A DNA stretch of 64,000 bases. Origin: Gnetum montanum. Its lineage: Eukaryota > Plantae > Gnetophyta. Shown here one piece after another: positions 27,147-39,129 of this stretch. The stretch spans positions 126,012 to 190,011 of the forward strand of contig MNCI01002209.1 in the NCBI GenBank assembly GCA_015680685.1, in the 5' to 3' direction. The first letter of the stretch is position 1; the number at the start of each line of letters is the position of its first letter. The translations under genes were made by a program, and so were the position numbers. Below the pieces are notes generated by a model. That model had not been told where the DNA came from, searched no databases, and worked only from the letters and a program-made list of their open reading frames with translations.

Positions 27147-27154
27147 TTTATATA
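27147..27154 (-). promoter_or_regulatory. TATA box (TATATAAA) of the antisense gene
   Basis: Plus-strand tttatata about 195 bp upstream of the minus-strand ATG at 26953, with an intervening leader carrying repeated TACGC half-sites. Confidence 0.6.
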
Positions 27155-27370
27155 ACGCCAGCTGACGCTGACGTTGACGCCGCCGCTGCTTACACTACCA
27201 TCGCTCCGTTTTTTCCGTTTTGCCTCTATTTTCCTCTCTTTTTTGCCGAAATCTAACCAAAAAAATATATATAAAGAAAAAAACTATTTCTAAAATTCAA
27301 TTTGAGACAGTATTACATCCTGGTTCCTCCATGGACCCCGTTTTACACGTTCGCTTAAACTACAACCCAT

Positions 27371-27510
27371 TGGCCCGGTATGGCCTTAAACTGGCATCTC
27401 CTCATCCACTAGTGGCCCGGTATGGCCTTAAACTGCCATTCTCCCCATCCGTTCGTGGCCCAGTATGGCCTTAAACTGCCACTCACTGCCCGGTAAGGCC
27501 TTAAACTGCC
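27371..27510 (+). repeat. Tandem tggcccggtatggccttaaactg repeat (4 copies) at right end of the spacer
   Basis: Directly visible; same core as the 22578-22630 repeats. Confidence 0.85.
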
Positions 27511-27621
27511 ATGCGTCCAGGTGTGACAATAATCCATCATGATACACGTATACACACTTTAAATTTCCGAAAGACACGGAACGATCCCTTCTTGCTCACA
27601 CAACTCTCGGTTTATTGGCAG

Positions 27622-30600
27622 GGATGAGCTCAATGGACTGCCAGCACTTAACTGCACCGTTAACCATCGACGGACCATATGGCGCCATTACACGAGACTT
27701 TGACATAAACTTCATCAACTCAAGTCCACTAATGGACGATGCGGTCATAGCCTCAACACAGTAAACAACAGACAATTACCAAGGCATGACAAAGTTTCTT
27801 GACATAGAAGCTGAAAACATCACTGAAGACTTGTTAGCTGAAACCCCCATTACTATGCCTGATGGGGAAGTTAAGATATTAAAATTAAGCACGCTATTAC
27901 AACCACGCATGGCTCAAGACATTCAGAATGTGCTTAGGGAAAACATGAAAGCATTCGCTTGGTCTTACACGGACATGCCCGGGCTAGATCCTAGGATTAT
28001 CCAACACAACATCATTCTTGACCCAAAACTAAGACCGATAAATCAAAAAGCGCGAAAATTTAGACCCGAGGTGGCGTTGGCAGTTCGCAATGAGATCACT
28101 AAGCTTTATCAAGCTGGTTTCATTCGGGCTGTTGATTATGCCGAGTGGGTGTCAAACATGGTCATCGTCCCAAAGAAGAACGGAAGCATTCGCTTATGCA
28201 TCGACTTTCGTGACTTAAACGTAGCAACAATAAAAGATGACTTTCCCCTGCCCAGCATTGATCAACTCGTTGATTCGACTGCCGGACATGCCTTATTGTC
28301 GTTTATGGATGGCTTTTTGGGATATAACCAAATACGCATCAACCCTGAACACCAACTTCGGACTACCTTCATGACACCATGGGGAACTTTTTGTTACACA
28401 ATGATGCCCTTTGGTCTCAAGAACGCTGGGGCCACCTATCAAAGAGCCATGACGTTCATCTTTAGCGATTATATGTTACGATCGCTCAACGATTATGTAG
28501 ATGACATCGTGGTTGAGTCAAAAATGATCGAACAACATGTACAAGACCTTGACTTAGTCTTAAAACGTTGTCTAAAATATGAGCTAAGGATTAACCCCAA
28601 AAAATGCGTCTTCGGTGTCAAAACAGGTAAGATGCTTGGATTCATAGCCTCTGAAGCAGGGATACGAGTGGACCCTGATAAGGTCAAGGCCATTACCAAT
28701 CTGAAACCACCCAGTAACGTTACCGAACTTCGAGGTCTACAACGTAGGTTGCAGTTCATCAGGCGTTTCGTAGAAACATTAACAGACAAACTAATACCTA
28801 TGAACCACCTGTTGTGTAAAAATGTCCATTTTGAATGGACTCCACAGTGCCAGGAAGCCTTCGAAAATATCAAGACTGCACTTGCCCGACTGCCTACGGT
28901 TTACCCGCCCCAAAATAACAAACCGTTTTACATCTATCTTGCCACTTCAGAGTCGTCCATCGCGTCTATGCTCTGCTAGAAACGAGATGACGGAATTGAA
29001 GTCCCTGTATACTATTTGAGCCATGCCTTAGTTGCCCATGAAAAGAAGTACATCGATGTGGAAAGGTCATTCTTAGCTTTAGTCTTTTCTCTAAGAAAAT
29101 GGCGACATTACCTCTTCCGTAATCAAGTTTACATAATCTGTAAGGACAATGTACTGTGAGCCATAACAGGAAACATTTACGAAACAAGTCGAATAGCCCG
29201 ATGGAAAGCCATCATAGCTGAGTTTGACCTGTACTACGTAACAAAATCATCGGTCAAAGGTCAAGCCATAGCAAATCAAATGGTCGCATCATCAACGCAT
29301 GACCAAACAACCATAGAGCCTAAATTCCCAGATGAAAGTATAAGCACAGTAGACACGGTTCCTGACGACTACGATGCCATTTTAAACTTCGATGGGGCAT
29401 CCACCTCTCGGGGAGGAAGTGTTGCCGCTATCATCACTTATCCCTCCGGGGAGATCCAACCCTTTGCCTATCATTTCAATTTTCACTGTACTAACAACGT
29501 AGCAGAGTATGAAGGTCTCCTTAGAGGACTCACAGCAGCACTGCCTTCAGACATCACACGCCTGGTAGTCAGAGGAGATTCACAATTGGTTGTAAACCAA
29601 GTCACGGATGCCTACACGTGTAAAGCTCAACATTCGCAACCATACTGTGACTTGGCGAAACATTTAATGAAACGATTCGAAAACATTGATGTGCAACACG
29701 TCTCTCGAAACGATAACACCATCGCGGACGCATTAGCCACATTAGCGCTAAACATATCACCTGACATGTTCCATGCCTTACCAAGATCTGTAACCAACTG
29801 TGCTAAACCAATAATCAATACTCCTGACATATTGCTGATTGCATCTGTTAGTTCAACACACGCAGTGGAATGGTATGATGACCTAAAAGAGTACCATCTA
29901 CGTGGCGAAGCACCACGCCACCTAACAAACGCTCAGAAAGACACAGTGCGAAAATGTTCTAGGCAGTACACCTTGGTAGGGGACACACTATGTCGTAGAT
30001 CCTACGAAGGCGTATTGCTAACATGTGTAAGTAGTGACGATGCCCAAACGATTGTTGATCAAGTACATGAGGGAATATGTGGAGGACACATAGCACCAAA
30101 AGCCATGGCCACGAAAATAAGACGCTTATGCCATTATTGGCCACAAATGGAATACGACTGCTTCTCCAAAGTCAAAACATGTAACATTTGTCAAAAACAT
30201 AGTAACTTAATACATGTGCCACCAACGGAGTTGCACACAGCATAGATCACATGGCCTTTTCAGAAGTGGGGATTGGACCTCATGATAACACCCTCGTCTT
30301 CCGCAGGGCATAGTTTCATCATAACCGTGACAGAATACTTTACGAAGTGGGTAGAAGCAACTCCCCTTCGAAAGTCAACTTCTAAACACGTGTGCAAATT
30401 TATCCTAGAAAACATTGTAACCCATTTTGGCATTCCCATGACAATCATCACCGACAACGGGCCAAAATTTAGTAGCGCCGAAACAAAAACCTTTTGCGAC
30501 AGTCTGGGGATTAAGCATTCATTTTCTTCCCCTTACTATCCTCAAAGCAATGGGCAAGCAGAAGCAATGAACAAGACAATCATAACAATACTTAAGAAAA

Positions 30601-31103
30601 TGCTAACCCAAAGCAAAAGAAAATGACACGAGCAACTAAAATACGCACTATGGGCATATCGCACCACAAACCGGGCATCAACAGGTAAAACTCTGTACAG
30701 TCTTGTTTATGGTTCAGAAGCTATTTTACCTTTGGAATTACAGGTACCATCGCTAAGGATCACACTCTCCAGACTTCTCGATGATGAGCAAAACAACAAG
30801 CTCAGGCTCATTGACCTTGACTCGGTCGAAGAAGAACAGGCACGCGCGCTCGATCAGATCGACTGGTACCAAAAGCAACAATGATAGCGGCATCGGCACG
30901 ACATTAACAAGTGCCCAATCCGCGAAGGCGACCTCGTACTCAAAGCTGCTCAGGAACACTCGGACAAATTCTCACCCAACTGGGAAGGGCCTTACATGGT
31001 CATCAAGGCATTCGATAATGGCGCATTCAAGTTAGCTGACATCGAAGGGAACGAACTCACTAATCCGACAAATCATTTGTACCTAAAACCGTTCTATGTC
31101 TGA
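27622..31103 (+). pseudogene. pol of element D: RT, RNaseH, additional (archaeal-type) RNaseH, integrase
   Basis: RT IRLCIDFRDLN, SFMDGFLGYNQI, MPFGLKNAGATYQR, YVDD; aRH LNFDGAS..TNNVAEYEGL..VRGDSQLVVNQV..NTIADALA; INT HEGICGGH, YFTKWVEA, PYYPQSNGQAE, WEGPY. A few stops and frameshifts. Confidence 0.95.
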
Positions 31104-31124
31104 ACACAAGCTCAGGTACGTGCA

Positions 31125-31500
31125 AGTCCTGGGATTACGACTCTAAACTGATACCACAGCTCGTCCTGGAATCATGACGATAAACTGATACCACAGCTCG
31201 TCCTGGAATCCTGATGATAAACTGATACCACAGAATAGTCCTGGATTATGACTTAAAACTAATACCACAGTGTCTACAATGACGATAAAATACCACCCAT
31301 CTGGCATGACAGTAAACTACCACCATCACAACTGTCAGGGTCCGCTAAGACTGTAAACTAGCTTGCCTCTTTATAGTTCGCTAAGACTAAAAACTGGCAA
31401 TGTACCGTCCGTCACGATGCTAAACGGGCGATGTTAGATGGGTTATGACATAAAACTAACCCACAACAGTTTGCCAAGACTATAAACTGGCAAGTTCACA
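31125..31500 (+). repeat. 37-bp tandem repeat plus dispersed GAC-N3-AAACT motifs in the 3' UTR of D
   Basis: aaactgataccacagctcgtcctggaatcatgacgat about 3.5 times from 31145, then degenerate copies. Confidence 0.85.
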
Positions 31501-32534
31501 TCCAGCTCGGCAATCCGCCGCCACAATCATCCATCGGCTTCACTGCATCGCTCATCATCAATACTGCTACCATCTACATACAGGGTTGGCCATCCTTCAA
31601 CATCTTTGTGTCATCGGCCGCCATGTAAGTCTAAGATCGTCTATTCACTCACGGTTTTCTTGTCTCCTTGGCGTTGTGTTTGTAGGATGACACCCAGAAG
31701 TGTTGTACAAGATCGCACTTCATCACGAGCAGCAAGATAAGACACTGTTTGCAGCATACATGGCAAGACTGAATCAAACCATTCACCAGTATGTCCCTGT
31801 TCACTGATAAAACTCCCCTATCCATTCACCAAAACAGTTTATCCTGACATCCCCTTGACACACTCGGTACATTTGAAACACCGTACTGCTTTAAAGTAGC
31901 TGCAACATGCCACACAACACCTGCGCATGAGTACACAGGCAAAGCGAAGTTTACAACGTTGCAAAAAAAAGAAAAAAAAAAAGAGACCCCGGGCACTTCC
32001 CATGTAAGCCCCAGGCGGGAAGGCAGTCGTCTCAAAACCAAGTACTCGTGCCCAAAGTGGTCAAAAAGCATCCAGTCGCATGGCTTTGGCTCTTCGCCAA
32101 TAGGTTCCCCTGAACACCAAACATGGGCCCTGTTCTCCCAAAGAATGCGACACATCCTCCTGTAGCTTTGGTCCCGTCAACAAGTTCTCTTGCACACTAA
32201 CCAAGAGCCTTGTTCCGCCAAAGGACACACCTTGCATGTCTAAACTCCAAGTCTACTAAACAATGGCTATTGACAAAGATTGGCATGCCTCACATCAGAG
32301 CCTCCCCTTTCCCCTGATCAATCTTCGGAACCGATCATCAATCCCTGCAATCTCCCTGACCTCCCAGCTACAAAATTCCCCTTTCCCAATCTTCTGTACT
32401 ACTAAACACGGTGCGATGACATCTCGTCCAAGTGGCAGCAGACAACGTTTCTATCAAGTTGCTTGTGGTGTTTTGCACTTCTTTGTCGATGCTTCTCGGG
32501 TCGATTCCTCCAAGCGTCAACAAAGAGGGGCCAA

Positions 32535-33724
32535 TGAAACACCACAAAATTCGGAGCCTAGTGCTTGTCCGACACCAAACAGGGCCTTGGAACTCACGAA
32601 CGACGTCGGCTGCATGATCGCAACACTTAGTTTTTGCTAAGTATATGGTGCCAACGTATACACTCCAGCGTATACGCCAAGATCACACGCAGCGTATACG
32701 CCCAGCGTATACGCCCAGCGTATACGCCCGGCACTCCAACGTATACACCTGGCTCTTCGGCGTGCACACCCAGGCACTGCAGATGCACAAGCTCGACGAC
32801 AGGAGCTCCAATGACAGCATGAAGATAACACCGAAGAGCAAGGATTGAAGTAAGTGGCACCCTTTGGCGTATGCGCTCTGCGTGTACGCCCAGCATCCAT
32901 CAGCATATACGCCCAGCATTTCAGCGTATACGCCCGGCGTATACGTCCAGCATTCCAGCATATACGCCTAGCGTATACGCCCAGCGCTCAGCATCTCCAC
33001 CCAGTTCACGCCCATCATTGTCAACGTATACGCCCAGCGTATACACCCAGCAGTTGTAACACTTTGTACATTTGTAAATTGTATGCACCTGGTTAACGCG
33101 CCACGTGTCTCCCATCCCGAGTCTAGCGTAACAACCTTTATAAAACCCCCATTTTTCCACTTCATCAAGACGGTTGGCAAAAATTCGAGAACACACCAAA
33201 GAACATTTATGCTGCGCAAAAGAGTAGGAAAACCTTCTTACGCTAGGAAGCCCTGCACACTGCCGATCCAGTCTCTTAGTCTCCACTCGCCCTGCATACC
33301 GTCCGAGTCACCTCTGTGTACACCGGGGCTTTTCGTCCGCCTTGTGTTCCCACAACTGCGTTAGACCGGTGCACTGTACTCTGACTTTGTAATTCCATCG
33401 TTTCATTCGCTGCAAGTTCTTTTACAGTTTTATGTCAATTTGGCCCATGCCTCGCTCATGCTTCGTTTGCATCCGTTTACGTTTTACGCTGTTTTTGCTT
33501 CGTTTACGCCTGCACGCCGTTTATGCGCAACCCAGCGTATTAGCATTTGTGTACGCGCGAGGAAATCCTTGTCTGATTCGCGCGCGGACCACCCAAGGTA
33601 CTTTGCCTCTGCTGCATTCCAGCACGCCCTAAGGCATAGGCAGGGTCTTCTGTACGCGTCCTGCAATCTCGCGGCCTCTATTTTTTTTCCTTCCAGCCGG
33701 AGACCGACGATTTCAGGCGGTACA
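32535..33724 (+). repeat. 3' LTR of element D (1190 bp)
   Basis: Aligns with the 5' LTR; extra length comes from more copies of the cccagcgtatacg-type unit. Confidence 0.95.
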
Positions 33725-33729
33725 ACCAT

Positions 33730-34270
33730 GAAATCACTAGAATATTAACCAGAATAGCTAGTTGATTTAGAAAGGATTGGAGCACTAAGTTGAATGATGC
33801 TCTATGGGTATATATATTTACATGGAAACTCCCAATAAGATACTAACCCTATAAGCTAGTTTATGAAAATCCTCCTACACTACCAAGCCAAGTAGAGCTA
33901 CAAACCTTAGCTACTACTTGTGAACTTGACCTGGATCTAAACTTAGCTCAAGAATAATGTCTTATGAACTTTAACCTTCTAGAGGAAAATAGACTTGTAG
34001 CTTTAATGAGTAATGAGATACACAAGCAATACTCCAAATGTAGGCATGATGTACAAATGCAACAAGTGTCAATCCAACTAGGTAATAAAGTTTTCTTTTA
34101 TAATCCTAGTCATGAGCCACAAAAGGCTAAGTTCCAAATCTTATGAAAAGGACCCTATATTTTCCATGCAACATACCAATTAGGCACCATGCAAATTTAT
34201 CACCCAGCCAGTACACACATGCTTATCTTGGTTAATATTCAATAAGTCAAATCATTATCTGAACATCACG
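33730..34270 (+). pseudogene. Integrase C-terminus of Athila C (resumes after D)
   Basis: EITRIL..DWSTKLNDALWVY..KAKFQIL*KGPY; homologous to 62340-62850 of Athila F. Confidence 0.85.
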
Positions 34271-36513
34271 ACTCCTTTGTGGATTCTACCCTATTTACCA
34301 AACCATTCTCAACCCATTTCATCTTCTAGTTAACTATTTTTAATAATAGTTTTGGGGATGTCCAGTGTGACACTTAGGCATTAGACCTTTTTCTTTTCTT
34401 ACTACTTTTTCACATTCTTTGATATCTTTTCTATTCTTTGATCTTTTTCCATTTCTTAATCATTTTTTATTATTTAATATTTTCTAAATTATTTCTACAT
34501 TTTTACATTCTGGACATCATTTACTATTTTTTTTTATCATATTTCTATGATTTTCATCATCTTTTTTATACATTTTTTTTATTTTTTCCAATAAAGTACA
34601 AAGAAATAAAGGAATATGTAGTTCCAATAATGTGAAAATTACATCAAGTCAAGGAAGGAATGATTCTATATAAAGTGAGACCACATCATAAATCCATGCA
34701 TTTCCAATAATTAGAGGTGCTTACCATGGACATAATGATATTATTTTTACAAACAAACTACATAAATTTGTAATCATTATGCTTGGATAGACAGGTGAAG
34801 AACCAAGTGGGAATGAAAAGCATGTGACATCTAGGGGATTTGTGGATTTTCTAAGACTACTAATATAAGTCTTATCCTACTATTAAGCTATATTATTTAC
34901 TTGAGTTCTAACAAAAAATGAAAGAATATCTAAAATAAGTGCTATATCATGTCACAAGAAAGACATGTTACCCATGCCTGAAGGTAGTCTTCTAGTAAGG
35001 TTGACATAGTAAAAACATATTGAATGCATAGAATAAAATTTCTAGGGCTCCCACTAGAAAGACATGTTACCCATGCCTGAAGGTAGGTGGCTTCTTAGAA
35101 ATCTCAAAAATAAAATGCGCTATTAATAAACTACTTTCTTAAACTACATTGCCAAGTGTTAATGCTACTTACAACAATGATAGCCTTGTGGTTGTTAGCT
35201 TTGGGAAGATGCATTGCGATGTTATTGGTAAGTGGTATTGACTTGGTTTGGATCTTAGATAGAAAGGCTAATGATCACTTTAGCCATACATCACATACAA
35301 GAATTCATTATGCCTATAATAAGACATCTTATGTCCCAATTTTTGCAATCCTTTCTAGTCTCAATCTGCCTCACTAGTATATATGATCTTAATTTTATGA
35401 TTCTGTATAATATAGTGTTATTTTATCATCCAAGTGCTACTAACATGTGTGTTTTGCAAGATAGGTTTAAATTTACATTCAACTCCTTAAGTATCTATAG
35501 ATACTTACAAGTATGGTTATACAAGGGCACTAAGGGCTAAAGCCTACTTTGGGAAGGATCCACTTGTATAACTCTTGTATCTCATACTGGACAACCATTT
35601 CCACACAATCTTATCCATCCAAGATACTTTAACCATCAATGTTTACTTTCCTAGATTCTCATATCTAATCATACCTTTAGTAATTCTCACTACCATCTCT
35701 TATTCTAATTGACCTTCTTTACCAAATATTCCTTCTTTATGACCTTTGATCACCAAGTTTTCATAACCTAAGCATCATGTATAATCAGAGATCCTTTAGA
35801 AAACTTCTACATCTTTCAAACTATCCATTTGACTCAAAATTTTCACTAAAAATTTCTTAAAAATCAAAATTTTTAATGATATCATCGTAGCTACAATGTA
35901 TTAGGCCCTACAACGTCACAACTATGATGTTGCACCAACAAAAATCTATATATATGCATAAGGAGTTAGAGAAAATTTTTCATTTTCATTTTTCAAAGAA
36001 AGGGGTGTTCATGTTGTTTTTTGAGCCTTTGACACCTAAAATTCAAGCTCCTTAACTTCCTCATTATAGCTTTGATTTATGTGATTTTTGAATCCTCTTA
36101 ATCACAAAGTGATCAACTTAGTAGTGGGGGAGAGTATTGTGCATAGAAGACCCAAATTAAGCTAGATTTTTATAACATTAGAAGACAATATCAAGGGTAA
36201 GAATAAAGAACAAATAAGAATATTTTAATTAGTTAATTAAATAAAAAGCTAATTAACCTAATCTATTCTCCTAGCTAACCATCCAGTAACATAATAAATA
36301 AGGAAAGGATAACTATGAGAAGTCTTAATAACTAAAGGAATAATAAACAAGGGTTTCTTCTTGAATTTTTCTAACTTTGCAATCATAGCAAGAGTCATAG
36401 GTAATAATAAGAATAAAATTTTGAACAAAACCAATGATTTGAGAAAGGAATATGGATACTAGAGACCTATTTAAATCCTTGCATAAGCTTAATTACATAT
36501 TTTATGATTGTAG

Positions 36514-39129
36514 ATGGCTTCCAAAAGACTTGTAGCAAATGGATCCTCACAACATGGAAGTAAAAGATAATGAGGCCAAGGCAGAGGACAAACTAGAGAA
36601 AAAATGCCTCAAGTAGAGTAGGAAGACCAATTCTTTAGCATCCACCAACAAACACCTACTATTGAACAATTTGTGCAGGTTGAGGTGGAAGCACCACCAA
36701 CTTCAAAATAAGGACAATGCCTCATGCTGTTAGCAGAATACCTCCAAGCTATTCAAGAGAAGTCCATCATGTCCAAAATAATTATGGAATTGAATTTTGG
36801 ACCATTCATGGAGTTTTCTCTCGAGAGCATTCGAATCCAACTTCAAGCCTCTTCTTTATGGCCAACTCTATCATGTAATGGTGAATGGTACCTAGGATAA
36901 GTGTACCAATTCTAGAAGAATAAAGAAGATGATGCTACCATTAAGATCAAAGAAGTCTTAGTGCATTACTCCATTGAAGCCATTGCAAAGGTACTTAATA
37001 TTCCACATATTAGAGTGGATGTAACATAGATATCCACTAGATCTTACATTAATGCAAAGAGGCTATGGATGTATAGAGCATATGAAAAAGAGGACAAGAA
37101 GTACAATGAATTAATTGCTAAGGAGAAGATCTATTTCAAGATTGGAACCTACCACCTATTCCATACCAAAAGACAACAAAATTTTCACCTATGCTACCAA
37201 AGGAAGCACAATTCTCATGGGGAAATTCAATGCTAATATAGCACATTTACTCTTTCTAGAAATACAAAGAAATTTTGAAGAGAAGAAGCCATGGAAACTC
37301 ACATTATCATTTTCTTGACTCATTAGAAAGTTTTGAAAAAAAGAAGGGATTCTTGGATATACAAATGATGTTCTAAAAATAGCCTAGAATGCATCTTATG
37401 TAAAGATGTCCAAATGAGTGCCATCAAAAAAGGATCAACTAGATAAGCCAAGCAGCACTAAGGAAGAAATAGATGCATGTCTACAAGTAATATTCTAGCA
37501 ACTAGACAATAAGAAGTAGGACCTAGTGGATCAACACTTGCTACTGATAGACCTAGATAGAGTTCTCTAGTTGAACAAAAAGATTACATGCCTTCCATGA
37601 GCAACTTGTAGTAGATCGTAGAAACCATAAGTTGAGGAACAAGAGAAGGTTCCACATTGTACTGAGTCAGGGATAATTTTGTAAGTTATGTTGCATCAAT
37701 AGGGCTTGACAATGGTTAGTATCTCTACTGGCAATAGAGGATGATGACTGGGCACAACAAATTTTAAGAAATTTTGCATCCTTTTATGTCTAGTTAGAAA
37801 TAGAGAAGAAGCCACAATAGTGGTGATGCAACATCAAGATGCAATAGAAGTAGCAAAAGTAATCATTGATCACATTAAAGAATCCTTTAATGTTTCCATT
37901 GTGCCACTGGCACATATTACATGAATAAGAGATGTTGAAATGCTAGCTAGAACATCTATGAATTTAGTAAAACATGAAGATGTCCTTAATTAACTACTGT
38001 AGATACGACAAGTAATGCAAAATCTCTTTGATATCCCTAGTGATATCACTTTAGTTCAGTTTGATTTAATTACAAGAAAGAAGAAGTTGATCATGATAGA
38101 AACAAAGGCAGAGCATGCAAAAAATGAAGTGCAGAGGTTGCAAGATCAGTTAGCATCTTTAAAAGTAGAAAGAAGGAACCCTACATAATACACAATCTCA
38201 AACTAGCTAGATGCATTTAGAATAGAAGAAGTGAGGTAGCTCATAGTAAGGAACATTCAAGTAGAAATGTAGAAAGAAAAGACTGTGTGAAATACATCAA
38301 TGGTAGAAACAAAAACATATGCATATGTCAAAGCCATAGATACCTTAGAAGAAGAAAATAAGAAACTTATTGTAGATAATACAAGGTTGATAGACATTGA
38401 AAAGTAAAAAAAATGTTCTTGAAGAAAGCATTCATCAAATACAAGAATATTTCATCAAAGTTAACCAGGAAATGAATAAATTGACTAAAGAAAACTAAAC
38501 CCTATTAATGGAAGAAGTCTATGTTATCCATAAAAATTTAGTGATTGAAATCATTGCATGATAGAATGAGGCCAGGAAACACAAATGGCTTAAAGAACAC
38601 TTCAGAGACTAGGTGGACATGTACAAGCAAATTAATGAAAAAGAAATCTAGAAAGCCAAGGCCAAGATCAATTTGATTACAACACAAACCCTAATTAGCC
38701 ATCAATTTTTGGATAGCCTAGCCCATGTCCACTAGGTTGAAGTAAAGAATAAGGACCTACAGATTGAAGATTTCATAGAGTAAATGGGGTTAGCAAACCT
38801 TTAGTATGCTAATCTAGCCATGTTAACAATAGGTAGACCAAGAAATGAGCTAGAGAAACAAGTAGTTTCCATGTATGCACTATACAAGAAGTAATTTGTA
38901 GATAGGAAATATGCCCAACATAAATTACATGTTGCAAATTCTAAAATCAAAATAGTTAAAGCTAGCTACTAAGGTCAAAAAGACATAGTAGTAAACCTGG
39001 CCTACAGAATGACTGACTACCAAGAACTAAGAAAGGTGGCTAGGACATTTGAAGAGAAGAGAAGCTATTTTTTCACTTGGTATGTAAAAGCCAATAAGAT
39101 GTTTCCATAGCTACCATACCCATGGGAAG
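36514..39129 (+). pseudogene. env-like extra ORF of Athila C (interrupted by SIRE E; resumes ~45908-46063)
   Basis: ATG directly after a ttgtag acceptor-like site downstream of an internal PPT; decayed WY..VYQF..IKEVLVHYSIEAIAKVLNIP and NIAHLLFLEI..LSFS*LI segments; long E/K-rich coiled-coil-like region. Confidence 0.65.

Larger units (their letters stand above)
16582..33724 (+). mobile_element. Element D: full-length Tat/Ogre-like Ty3/gypsy (17.1 kb), youngest insert
   Basis: TG...CA LTRs at 16582-17644 and 32535-33724, TSD acaat/accat; removing D restores host integrase frame QAEVTN(H)EITRIL. Domain order gag-PR-[spacer]-RT-RH-aRH-INT; PPT aaagagggg 32522-32530. Confidence 0.95.

Noticed and set aside
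31125-31300. CRISPR-like or hammerhead-ribozyme-like array (contains one ctgatga)
   Set aside because: Units are contiguous 37-bp tandem copies without unique spacers, no cas genes, eukaryotic context. I could not build hammerhead helices with a GAAA core.
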